64,000 bases of DNA, taken from NCBI GenBank assembly GCA_012295275.1, contig CM022679.1:13268001-13332000 (forward strand). Direction: 5' to 3'. The notes under the pieces were generated by a model. That model searched no databases. It was not told the origin of the DNA and saw only the letters and a program-made list of their open reading frames with translations. The stretch is from Chrysomallon squamiferum (taxonomy: Eukaryota; Animalia; Mollusca). The stretch's first letter is position 1, and the number at the start of each line of letters is the position of its first letter. Below are positions 21,730-35,500 of this stretch, in pieces. A program made the translations under genes and the position numbers.

Positions 21730-22879
21730 TGAAACATCTACCGCCTGAAACAAACTGTGTGAAACATGTATTTGTGTGAATGTGATGTAGTCTCTATACT
21801 ACAGTGGTATATTTACTAACAGGACTTTTTGGCTAGACCGATCAACATTTCCTTACCATTTACAAAGTTGCTGGCAACCAAGAAATATGATGGTTGTACA
21901 ACATGGCTTTAACATAAAACTTTGGGATATAAAAGTTTATAGTCAGAATAAGGTTGTTAGACTTTTTTGTCTCTTTCCTCCTTTTGCTTTTTCTTTAAAA
22001 TAAATAAATAAAAGTTCTTCATTGGTATTTTATTTAAATCTGTTTCTGAATAATTCAAATGGCTATTCTAAAATAAAATATTAATCTGTTTATACAAGTA
22101 AAACGATACAAACATGATGTCCTTTTGTGATCCATGACAAAAGCTATCTTTGACACAATTTGGTTGTTAAATGTGAGGTTTTTGCTTTTGATTTTTATTA
22201 GCAAAAGAAATGGAACCATGTTTTTTATACAGTAGAACATGTCAAACCAGGCTGCAATAAAATGAACTAATGCCTTGTCTGGGAAAAAAAATAAAATAAA
22301 AAATAATAGAAAGATATTTGTTGCTTTCTACATAACAATTACATATGTATTCCAAGATAAAATGGAATATTTTCCTTACTGTTAATTTACCCAAGTTCTT
22401 CACATCTTACTCCAGCCATACAAGCACACAAAACGGGGAAAAAAAAACCCAGAAAAATAACAATGTATTTCAAGAATAAAAATAAAAACACTAAATTAAG
22501 TGTAAATAGACATTGACAGCTATGAATAATATTATACACTACAGCCTCTTAAATTGATAAGTAAATTTATTTGTTGTTCTTTTTGTTAATTCGTTAATAA
22601 TTGTTATGTTAATTATTATAAATATTTGATTCTTGTAAATATCGCTGCAAGCAATAATATCAACAAAAATAAAATACAACAGTAAAAAAAAAAAAAAAAA
22701 AAAAAAAATTAATTAAGAGAAAAAAATCTTTGGAAAAAATGCATTTAATTCTTCTGAATCAACTGATGGTTTAATATTTAAATGAATATTTATTTTACTT
22801 TGGTAAACGTCATAATTAGAACAAGTTCTGAAATGCTATTCGTTTAAAGTTAAATACCATAATTATAATTTATCGCGAA

Positions 22880-22990
22880 GATGACGTTAATTACCTCATG
22901 AAATAAGCATTATGACGTCAATGACATGTAGTTAACGGTCGGCTTTGGGTGTAACGAATATAAAAAGAAATGGTGTAACTAACGGCCTTT
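22880..22990 (+). promoter_or_regulatory. Candidate TATA + CRE promoter of the unknown gene
   Basis: Palindromic TGACGTCA at 22913-22920, TGACGTTA at 22882-22889, TATAAAAAG at 22959-22967, and two TAACGG (MYB-type) motifs near 22933 and 22980. Confidence 0.5.
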
Positions 22991-23008
22991 AGGCCTACTG
23001 ATACCAAA

Positions 23009-25316
23009 ATGTATCAAAAGTTAGAAAACTCGGAGAATCAAGAAGCAGTACCTACAGAAGGCGCAGAAGGCGGCGGAAACATTCAGAAAACTGCACAGTC
23101 GCAAATACAACCAGAACTGGGTTTGGGTGGTGAGAAACAGAACGATTGTGGAGATGAAGTTCAAAGTAGGTTAATAAATTAGTCCGTTGATGTAATTACT
23201 TTTATCGGTTATAAATTTTCATTAAAAGAAAACAGTAGTCAATAACTGCAATACACTGGCTGTATCTGAAGTTATATATTTATTTTAAATGAATGAAGAT
23301 TAGCTTGTTTTTGTTAATAATACTTGTTTCAGTTGTTGATTGATCATGATGAAATTCTTATTTTTGCAAACAAAATTTATTTCGAATTTTATGTAAAGTA
23401 TTATAAAAAAAAAATAAAAAATAATTAATTAAATTAAATTTAAAAATTAAAAAGGAAGAAAAAAGAAAGAATAAAAAAAAAGAAAAAAAAAAAGAAAGAC
23501 AAATGACAGAAACCAGACTATTTCCAGGATGTTAAATAGTTTTTTCCTTTTCTTTTTTAAAAAAAATTATTTATTTATTTATTATTTAACTCTAGGGTTT
23601 TTGATGATTGATCATGGCGAAGATATAATCAAACAACTTAATGATGTCAGCAGTGAATACAAACGACAGGTAAATAAGAACATAGGGTAAACAAATGTTC
23701 CGAAACAGTATTTCATATATACAGTGTTGTTAATGTTCGTGTTAGAGAAATGTCAATGGTTTGACAATTTTATTTTATTTTATTTATTACTGTTATTATT
23801 ATTTTTTTTAAATTTTCTTTCTTTATTTTATTGTTGTTGTTTGTTTTTTTTTTTTTCTTCTTTCTTTATATTTTTTATATTTTATTTTATTTATTTATTT
23901 ATTTAATTATCATTATTGTTGTTGTTGTTATTTTTGTTGCTGTCGTTGTTCATCGGCAATTAATTGGTCACGGCGTTTTGTTTTTGTTCTTGGTTATCAG
24001 ACTGTACTTACTCTCCTGTCTGTATCCTACAGCGACTACACTTTAGTTTTCAAGAAAAAAAAAATTAACACCATCATCGTCGTTATTATTATTATTATAA
24101 AAAAGAAGAACGAAAGCAAAACCCACTGAAAGCGTCAAGAAGCGTTAACGTAGCTTAGTGGTTAGAGCACAGGCCCGAAGCATGATTAATCCCTTCTTGA
24201 TCATCAGTGTATTCTTTCCTGGCTATAACAATATGGATATAAAAGTTCTCTTACTGCTAAAGGTTATGGTAAAAATAAAAAAGCAAAAAAAATAAAAGCA
24301 GCTTGCTTCCTTTTTAATCATTTAGATGAATCTGTGATGTTACGCAAAAAGATACTCGTTTATTCACGAAGTTAGAAACTATGGCTTAAGAGTGTAGGTT
24401 ATTCAGGTTTATAAATAATCAAAAATATTAATTAAAATACTGTCATGACAATGAGATAATAATCATTTCTCAGTTAGGTTTTTTCGATTACTTTAGGTCC
24501 ATGTCCTGTCGGCCGAGATGGATATGCTGTGGCAGGTTCTGCGCACCTTCATGATGCTTTTCGGGCCCCTGTTGATCGGCATCGTTATTCTGATAATGGC
24601 CAAGTGTACTCTGCCAAGAGGATTTTATCAGGTAAACGATGTCCAAAAATGGGCATTTGACTCGACGCAAATTCAGCAATATTATTAACAGAATAATGAC
24701 GTTGAATTAGTGGTTCTTCTTATAATTCATAAATTTCAACTGTTAATATTTCATTTATTTTGTCTCAATCCGTCCATTGATTATATAACAATCATCTAGA
24801 GGTAAATTTTTAAAGTATAACATCTCATTATACAAAAAAAACAAACAAAAAACAAACAAACAGCAACAACAGCAACTACGTTTGACGCCTATAAAGACAT
24901 TTTGACATGAGTATGTGAAGAAACGTTAAAATTCACTTGATTTGCCTCCAGTCTTTATGCATCTTTGCGCTTCTAATGAATTTATTTATTGATTTTTATA
25001 TTCTTTTCAGAACATGATTACATCAATCTTCGTAGGCATCTTCACAGCTCTCATAGCCATCCGGTACCGCCCGTTTCAGTCGGCGGTCGAGAAGTACTCC
25101 ACCTTCAGGAAATCCAAGAAGGGCGGACGCACCGCAGCCGCAGGCGCCGTCGAGAAGGAGATGATGGTCGGCTCGGACAGTGATGTGTCCACTGTGCAGG
25201 AGTCCCTGGAGGAAAGCGAGGAGAGCAAGCTGATCACAGCCAGTACTCACATTGTCGGGAAAACCAAGTCTGAATCCGAGTACTTCGATATGTTACCCGA
25301 TCCATCGTCATTTTGA
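23009..25316 (+). CDS. Uncharacterised protein, about 223 aa, 4 exons, two predicted transmembrane segments
   Basis: Exons 23009-23165, 23596-23669, 24497-24631 and 25011-25316 join in frame with GT-AG sites (672 nt). The exons are GC-richer than their flanks. Hydrophobic stretches FMMLFGPLLIGIVILIMA and MITSIFVGIFTALIAI. AATAAA near 25432 and 25510. Confidence 0.72.
24143..24200 (+). mobile_element. tRNA-derived SINE head remnant
   Basis: GTAGCTTAGTGGTTAGAGCAC resembles a tRNA D-arm/A-box. There is no intact T-arm or acceptor stem. Confidence 0.4.
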
Positions 25317-26754
25317 GCTGTCAGCAGTTTGCAGTTAGCGTAGTGTTTAAAAGAGGAGTCCAGTTTTTCCTCCTTCAGTGAGATGCGCACCGGCGCCATC
25401 ATTCACGTTTTTTTTCTGTTTTTTGTCACGTAATAAAAATATGTTGTTTTACTTCTTTATTTTTTCCCCATCGTAATTTGTTATAGTTTTATTGTGTTGG
25501 CGGGCCAGTAATAAACTATTTAAAAAAAAAAAAAAAAAAAAAATATTTTGAAACATCTGTCAATTGTATATTATACATAAATAATAATAATTAAAAAATG
25601 TGAAACAATCTATTAAAACACATTCTAAAAAAAGAAAATTCATGGGTCTGCTGTTGATATTTGTTATTTTTTCATTTTCTCTTTTGTTATGCTGAATTTA
25701 ATTATTTATATAATAAATAAAAAAAAATATATTAAAAAAATGTTTAATATTTCTGTACATGTGAATTTGAAAAATAAAAAGAATACACATTCAATGTTGT
25801 TAATATTATTGTTTTTTTTAGCATAAATGAAAATAATAATTAAAAAAAATGATAACAATTAACTAAAGATTTAATGAGAGTTTGGATTAATATCAGTTAC
25901 AGATTAAGTTCAAGTCAGTCTTATTATCACCAATGATACATTTCTCTAGTTGATGTAAAGAATAAGTGATCTTTTGCTGTTCCTAATTTATGCTTGGATG
26001 ATACCTAATCATCTTATGATTTTTTAAACTAATATTTCATTCACTTCTCAACTTAACAATTATGTTTAAACCTTATGAATCATATATTTTCTAAAGGCAT
26101 TTTCATATAATTATTGATGTAAGTGATAGTAAAAAAAAAACCACAATACATTTTGCTATTTATCATTTGTTAAATTTCACTAAATCTTAGTGCTTACAAA
26201 TTTCAATCAGCATCAGTAAAATGAAATATGAAGATTTTATATATTAATTGCTGAATGAACTGCAACAGACAGGACACAAATTTATAACAAATTTATTAAA
26301 AATATCAAATTACTTTCTATTTCATTCTTAACAGAAACAAAAAATAATCATTTTTGATAATGAAGATTGTCACATTAAATACATATATCACAATTCAACA
26401 GTGACAAACACACACATATATATATACCAATACACTTTATATACCCACATACATGTACACAAATACACAAACACATACAAAAATTTACACCATATAAAAA
26501 AACACAACATCATCATCATATCATGAACATTCACAAATGACTAGAATGAAACAATCAACATTGATTAAGATTTAAAACATTAAAAGTATTCAGTACCAGA
26601 TATTGAAAAAGTTCTTGATAAAGATGTTAAAATGTACATTATAGAGAACCATTCCAAACTTCCAACATTTATAAACTGTTAACAGAAAGTTTAATTATTA
26701 ATACATTGCCAAAATTAATATATACATTTAAGTTCATGTAATTATACATACATA

Positions 26755-26791
<37 letters not shown>

Positions 26792-27059
26792 TCTAATTAT
26801 TTTCCTTCAATAATTTCCACAAATAAATATCCAACAGCCTGAGAGATCCATGAAACAAACGATAATGTTTTATCATTTAACACACACGTAAGTCAGTGTA
26901 TGTGTGAACATGGGATCTGTCTAAATCTATTAATGTAACAATACAACAGAGATAAAATTTTATATTCATTTTTGTTACCTGTCTAAAGCTTAATTTATGC
27001 AACTGGAATTTGTATGTTTAATATATTCTTTAAAAGAACAATCCACATTCATACCTCAT

Positions 27060-28240
27060 AGATATGAAAGCTCAAATCAGTGTTTAATAAACAGAAGTTT
27101 GCTAACTCAGATTTATACAGTTCACAAGTTCTTCCATAGATTTTGTTTATATATATATTTATACATACATTCTCCAAACACAAAATGTACAACATACAAC
27201 CCCAAACATACGCAATGTTCAAAACACTGTGTTAAACAAAATATGAATTATTAATCCAGATTTATACATCTGTATCATTGAGACAAAATTAAAATTGTTA
27301 ACAGAGACTTTTTTTATACACAGTCTGTAATAATTAGTGCTAAACAAACCATGTTAAACAAAATTATTACTGCACATTTATACAATGTCTATAATACATC
27401 ATTGGTAAAAAGACTTTTAAACAAAATTATTAACCCACCTTGATACATAATCTGTAATACATCCGTGTTAAAGAGACTATGTCAATAATTTGTTAAACAG
27501 ATTTTATAGTCTGTAAAACATCAGTGTTATAAAGAGACTATGTTAAACAAATTTGCTAAACAGATTTTATACATAGTCTGTAAAACATCAGTGTTAAAGA
27601 AACAATGTAAAACAAAATGTTAACCCACCTTTGCATTTAGTCTGTAATACATTAACATTAAAGAGACAAAGTTAAATAAATTGTTAACATAGATTTTATA
27701 CACTGTCCTTAATATCTCACTGTTATAGATTCTTTGTGAAATAAATGAACACTGATTTATACACAATCTCTAATTCATTGGTGTTCAATAATCTGTTAAA
27801 TAAATTGTTAACACATATTTATACATAGTCTGTTATACATCAGTATTAAAGAGACTATGTTAAATAAATTAACACTGATCTATATATATATATACATGTA
27901 TTTGTAATACACGAATATCAAAGATCGTAATTAAACAAAACTATTAAGTATAGTCTGTTGTACATAAATATTAGAGAGACTATGTTAATAAATTGTTAAT
28001 ATTGATTTTACAATCTGTAAAACATTAATGTTAGAGAAACATTGTAAAACATCAGTATTAAAGAAACTATGTTAAATAAACTGTTAAGCCAGATTTATAC
28101 ATAATCTGCATTACACTGATGTTCAATAAACTATGTTAAATAAACTGTTAAGTCAGATTTATACATAATCTGCAATCACTGATGTTTTAAGTTAAAAAAA
28201 AAAGACCCTGTCAACTGAGATTTTTTATACATAGTCTGTG
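27060..28240. repeat. Degenerate ~63-bp minisatellite (roughly 17 copies) in the TSC2 3'UTR
   Basis: Recurring tttatacatagtctgtaa.acatcagtgttaaagagactatgttaaa.aaa unit, e.g. at 27566, 27818, 28094, 28158 and 28224. Confidence 0.85.
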
Positions 28241-29485
28241 AAGTCCTCCATGAAGGTTCTGTTGTAACTTCGCTGCTTTGGACTGGTCGGGGTTTGTCCA
28301 CAGCTCTCCTCCTGCTGGACTTTCTGATGGATTCTCTTTATCTGACGAAGACGTTCCAGCCAGTTTGATGCAAATGGATCCTGTGGCTGTGACTGCTGTC
28401 TCTGCAGAACGATTGAAGCCAGCTGAAATAATAAAAAAAAAATGTGTATTATAAAATAAATTAATAAGTAAAAAATTGTGTGTATGCAAAGTTGTGTTTG
28501 TTATGAGTAAATTTTAAATTATGTCAACTGGTGTATGCACGCACGCACACACACACACACACACACATGCATGTGCACGCAAACATACATATACCCACAT
28601 GTATATGTGTGTGTATATATATATATATAATTTAAAGAGATAAAAACATTGTATGTCAAGAACAAACATACACACATATATAGACTCAAACATATTCATG
28701 CACATACACACACATCTATGTACATAAACAATAAATGCTTTAAGGTACCAGAACCATTGGAACAGATTCAAACAAGAACAGTTAAGAAAAAAAAAAAACA
28801 TAAACCCTCAGTAAAGACATCTGTATCCTGTTGTAGTTATGTGTGATCTTTAAACTGCTAATAACTCACAGATATACTCACATTGCAGTGCATAGCTATC
28901 TGTCTGACCAGCTGAGCCAAGTTGGCATCAGAAATAATTTTTGTGTCTGTGTGACCCAGTATTTCAGCAATGTCTAAAAAAAATGAAAAATATTTAAAAA
29001 AAAAAAAGTAATTCAGTCTAAATATATTAAAAAAAAAAAGAAGAAAAATACTAGAAAATGATCTATTGTTTTAGAAATATATATATATATATATTTCTAA
29101 GTTAATATTAATAGATATTATCCATACATATACATATATGGTTATATTTAAATAATAATAATAAAAAAAAACCCTAAATAATTGTTTAAATATATAAATT
29201 TAACTGCAAATATTACTAAATATCCTTAGCTGAATTACACACTTAATTATTTTTTGGGAACTAAAATAATTATTAATGTTGTTGTTGTTGTTTTTGTTGC
29301 TGTTGCTGTATTATTATCATTATTATTACTATTATTATTACTATTATTATTATTGTTATTATTATTACTATTATTATTATTTTTTAAAAAGGCTATGAAT
29401 ATTTTTGAATATATTAATAAAACCAGGAGGGTAATTAAATAATTTTAATGTACTTATTTATTTAGAATATTCCAAAGTATGTATA

Positions 29486-29535
<50 letters not shown>

Positions 29536-32500
29536 AAGAGAGAGAAAACATTACTTAAATCAAGCAAAACAAAGCACACAAAACAGTACAGTAATGTGAA
29601 CAGTGCTGTTACTAAGCTGCAGTCAGTTGTATGTTCTCTACAGTTAACACAAACAACTATATGAAAAGAAATGTGAAAAAGCTCAAAAACAAACACAATG
29701 TGCAGATAAATACACCTCTCATACAGTGATATGCATGCACAGTCATGCATATACACACACATAAACACACAACACACACACACACACACACATGCATACA
29801 CTTACAAATTAAAATACACATACAAACACACAAAGGAAACTGATGAAAAGAAGAAGTCATCTACAGTTTTATTGTGGAGATAACATCACCTATAGCCATT
29901 CAGTTTAAAAAAAAAAAATAATAATAAATGGATAACTCTAAATAAAATAAATAAATAATAATAAATGGATAACTCTAAATAAAATAAATAAATAAATAAA
30001 GGATGACACTTTCCAACAATTAAAAATTAAAACAAATTTACAATGGATTCAAGATGGTTCGTGTTGTTGTTGAAAAGAAAAGAAAACAACAGAAAAAAAT
30101 GTCTAACAAATCATATGTAAGAAGAAGAAAACAAAAGATTTTGAATTCATGTTCTCCTCTGCCTTTTAAAAAAATATAAAAATCTGTACTACATCAGTGA
30201 AATGCCAAAAATGTCCACTACCGTAAGGTAAATGATATACAGGTATCCTAGTAAACCAGTGAAAACATGATACATCAACAATTCTGTTACAACACTATGC
30301 ATTGTGATTGCTGAAGCATGTTTCTCTGCAGTTTCTAATTATTTTTTTAACTGTACTAGTAGCATATTAACTTCTGTATTTCTATGGTGGGTACATCATC
30401 TAACAACATTTTTTAACCATGGTAAACGTAGATGACAGCCAGGCATCCTATTAAACCAAACAAAATGTGATATGGAATACCAGAGATTCTGTTACAAACC
30501 TAATTTTGATTACTGAAGTGTTCAGTTAGGTACAGGGAAGGTCAAACGAGTACTCATAAGGTTAAATGCAGAACATTTTTTGTAGCAAATTACTAAAGTA
30601 TTTAGAATACTGGATTTAACTATCAAATGAAAATATTTTGTTCTTTACAGTTTTGAATGTAAAAAAAAATAAGAACAAAAGCTGAAATATTAAATGACGA
30701 TAACAACTGAATTTTCAAAAAACCAGTGGTCTTCTGTAATTAATCAGTAGTATAAAGGTTTGACAAATCACAAGAATCATTTTTGGATATTAATGTTATA
30801 ATGAATATAGGAAATAAAATTGTTTCACTTCTAAACAAACTTTTTACAAACGGGCATTTTATGAAAATCATATAGAATTAATTTCTGACAAAACAGGTGT
30901 AAATTCTATCCAAGAAAAGATTGTCAGCAGTGTTAAAGAATACAGGCACGTGTATATAAAACAAATGAAGTGAAATTCTCCTAATGTATTAAATAATAAT
31001 CAGTATATATAATGGCAAAATATTTAATATAAAAACAGTTAGAAATTAGAATTTAATACATGATTTCATTAAAATGGTTAAACATTATTAATAATGAATT
31101 TTACATACGTTTCAATATTTGTTTTGTATTTTTGGTTTCTTACTACAGTCTACTAAATATGCAAGTTATAAGCCATACAGTTTTAACACACCAAATTAAT
31201 ACATCAACAATGCAAAAATCAAAATTATAAATACAAGTAAGCCAGGGGCATACTACAAGCCATTTTCAGATCTGCCATCTCTATTAAAAAATTAGCAAGC
31301 AAACCTACACAATACTTGACAATAGTTACTGTTCTTGCTACACATTATGTTAGAATTTCAATTTTTTTTAAATTTACCCTCTTGTCATCTACCTCAACCA
31401 AAATTAAATAAATAATAAAGCAAATACTATAAGAAGAAATAATATATATAAAAAAAAAAAAAAAAAAAAAAACCCACCTAATTTAAAAAATTGCAAACAA
31501 AAGAATTAAAATAAATTTTTGTTTTTGTTTAAAATATGAAAATTATAATCAATATTAAGTAGTTTATTTTCAAGATATAATTAAAACTACACAGAAAGTA
31601 AGTAATAAATGTTTTAAAAAGTATTTATTTAAATTTTTTGAATATTGTTCTTTTCTAATCCATATATATTTTAATTATTATGCTGTGACATATTGTGTCT
31701 TATACACTAATCAGAGTACTTTCAAATGAGATGAAGAAATATTCTTTTAAAGCTCAAAAGCCTGAAATAAGGTTCAAACAAAAAACCTACTTTTAGTACT
31801 ATTACTATTACTATTACTACTACTACTTCTACAACTACTTCTACTACAGCTACTACTACTCCTGCTGCTACTACTACTACTAATAAATAAAACTGTGTAA
31901 CTTTTGACAAGATTTAATCTATGTGCAGTAACTGTTGTCAAATATCTGTGATCACTCATAGATACAGTTACCTGTTGTTATTTGCTGTTTGAATTCTAAT
32001 GGCACTAGAAATCAATAACATAATTCAATAAAATGTTCGTTTTCTCCATCATAATCACAAGTAATAACAATATAAAAATTATTTTGTATGACAATGCAAA
32101 TCATACTGAATAAAAAGATACATGACAAAAAATATATAATAAAAATCAAAGATATATATATATTTTTAAAAATAAATGTGTGTATCTGGAGTGCTCCATT
32201 AAATTTCAGTGATTTCAAATCAAATTTATGTAATAAATTTCAGACAAAATTCCTTCCTGGAACACACAGGACAGATGGACAAACATAAACACACTCAGTA
32301 AACAAACTATTAATGACAAAATCAGGTACAGTGTGCTTATTATTGTGCTGTTATTACCTGGAGTTCCACTTTTTCCACCTGACATAAATATCAAATTTGT
32401 CACTTAATTACATAAATATCTGCACTTAATAAAATACAAGTGAAATAAAATAACAAATTTCAACAAACATAACTTTATTACCACTTGTAACTTTTTTTTC

Positions 32501-35500
32501 AGTATTCACATTTTTTCATTCTGTTTTTGTAATTCGTTGTTTTTTATTTTTCATTTTTATTTTTGTTATGAAGATTTATATTAATAATATTCATACCTCT
32601 CTCTGACACCTAACAGCCAATCTGTTGTTCATACTGGGATGTCATTAAACATTCATATTATTATAAACAGATCATTTCTTAACAAAACAAAATCAGGTTA
32701 ACTGAAAATTATAGTTTTTAATTTGGTACAAAGAAAAGCAGAATAAAATACCTTTAAGTCTTAAAATCTTAAGACAAACTAATATGTTCAAGTTAATAAG
32801 AGGTTTGATGTAATGACATTTTTATGCATAAATTCATCTATTCCATATGTAAATGCTCTCAAAGAATCTTAAGGGAAACTAAAATTATCTCTTTTTTTTC
32901 TTCTTGTTAGTGTTGTTTTTGTTGTTCTTTTTTCTTTGGTTTATGTTTGTTTGTTTGTTTATTTTGCTGTGAAAAATACTTGAAATGTTCAAAATAATAT
33001 AGGGACTCTTTATTGTACATAGCCACAAAAAAATAATATAAAGTTCAAAGAATTGAAAGACTGACTGAAAACATATACATTTTCTACTAAACTACTAAAC
33101 AGGAACATTAACCAATATTTTCATATCTTGTTGAGTATTATTAATATTCATAAACCAGTCCTCATCTCATACAGCTTTATAAAAATGTATACTAACTTAA
33201 CATTAAATTTACAGTCAGAATTGTACATTATCAGAAAATAAAATAACAATGACTAATTTAACTGCAAATTAGTTGAAAAGAAAAGTAAAGGTTATAATAC
33301 CCTGAAATTTATATAAAAAAATATATATATTAAGTAAAAGATGCAATGTTATTGTAATATAAATAAATATACCTGACACCTGTGTTAATTATTGTACCCC
33401 AACTTAAAATATATTGTTTCTATTATTTTTTAATTAAATACAGGTTTACCTACCTTCTTTAGTCTGTAATGTCACAGCATTAGTTTCATAATCCAGAGGT
33501 CTGATTAGAATGTTCACATAGATGAACTGACCCTGTCAAAATGAACAGATAAACAAATGAATTTTTAAAAACACCTTAAGAAATTTATTTAATAAATGTG
33601 GTTAATCATTATGTTTAATAGTAATATTAAAGAAGGAACCTGCTGTCAACATTCCACAGGCTACTCCTACCAAACAGCAAAAAAAACATATTTTGTATAT
33701 ACCATCCCATAGTCTGGAAAACATGTATCATAAGGTTTGATATGAAACCGGCTTGAAAGGTGACAGTTCAGTGGTTACATGCAAACACTTAAACCACTGA
33801 ACTTCAAAATGTGATTATATCAATTTAACACTGTGTAAATATGATTATATCAATTTAACTATGTTCATATCAAAAATGTTCTTTATTGAAAACATTATTT
33901 AAAAAATTAGAAGTATTTCACAAAAATTTTATCTCTCAATTAAAAGAATTAAATATATTTTCCAAAATTACTGTGATACTTTTACCTTTTTTTCATTTTT
34001 TTTTTTTTTTTTACAGAATTTAAATTTTTTTTTTTTAGTAAATAGCTGACCTTTAACTGACTCAGTTTATCTATATATAGCATTTTTGTAAAGATGTTCT
34101 TAAACACTGGTTTTAACAAGTAAATTATTTTTTTCTTCAGGTTGATTCAACTGTATCAATTATTTCAGAATGGTGATACATTCTGCTGACCTTTAACTGA
34201 CCAGGATACTAAATTACCATTCTAATCTGTAGAGATCTTTAGATAAGGTATTTTTGTAAGGATGCAGTTAAATACTGCATTATGGTGATACATTCTGCTG
34301 AAAATGCTCAAAACATAATGATAGTGATGTTAAGTTTCACTGTTATTTCTCAGCTTACCTTGATAGTTCCCATGGTATAATCCTCTCCACTGTCATTGTA
34401 CACTATTGTAACAAAGTCATTGCCAATGTGAAGTTTCTTAGCATTACAGTTAGGATCACTCTCTCGATTTGGCATAAGTGTTGCCACATGAAATATCACT
34501 GTAAAATCATTTCAAAAACATAAAAATAAGCAACAAGTGTTTTAATGTAAAAAAAAAATATATATATATTCTCTCCGTTATTTAACACAAATTGATAAGA
34601 ATTAGCTATTACTCAAATACATAAATACTGGGTTGAGGAATAAGTCATTGCAGTTCATAATGGATTCAAATTTATTGCAGAGGCATCGAAAAACTTGTTG
34701 ACCGTTGGGAAGAAGTGGTAAATAACAACATAAAATACATTATTGATTAAATTACATCTTGTTGTCAATTAAGCTTACATTTTCTTCTATGTAATGATTA
34801 AATTTAATTTAACTGCAATGACTTATTCCTCAGCCCAATACATAAACATATGTTAAATACGACATTCATAAACCTAATGATTCTTATTTGCTTGATCAAT
34901 GAATCTACTGAGGATATTTCATGATCCATAATATTTATTTGTTTAGTGTATTTTGCCAACATTATTTCATGATCCATATCTTTGTTGAGGATATTTCATG
35001 ATCCAAAAATGTATATGTTCAGTATATTTTGCTGACTTTATTTGGTGATCCATAACTTTGTTTGTTCAGCATATTTTGCTGACTTTATTTCATGATTCAT
35101 AACTCTGTCATTTAACTCACCCTGCATGGACTCATCCTGCCAGCTGTAAGCAAACTGACCGTCTGCACCCAGTTCAAGTCCCCCGAGAAACACTCGGTCC
35201 TGATCTACGTCCTTCAGACTGATCAGCTCACCCAGACACTGGATGAAGTTCACGTAACGTTCTGACCCGTATATGTTTGACAGTATGGCTTTCTCATCAG
35301 TGGCCTGACAGTAAAACATGATAACATTCACTGGAATTTTATTTTCATGTTGTGTTCATTCTGTCATCAAGATTTACTCAGTTTTGAATTTAAAAAAGTT
35401 ACCACTATTTCTCTTTACGATATTTATACTGATTAATCATTATTTTTTTTAAATTCTATCAGTGTTGTGTGTTAATGCAAAGGTGGTCAGAATTGTGATC

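Noticed and set aside
24143-24215. Possible tRNA gene
   Set aside because: Only the A-box/D-arm is recognisable; there is no GTTCRA T-loop or acceptor stem.
27060-28240. CRISPR-like repeat array
   Set aside because: The context is eukaryotic, whole units are degenerate homologues with no unique spacers, and there are no cas genes.
31109-31152. Exon-like segment with a GTATGT donor in the long TSC2 intron
   Set aside because: Every acceptor and phase combination tried gives a stop or fails to restore the frame.
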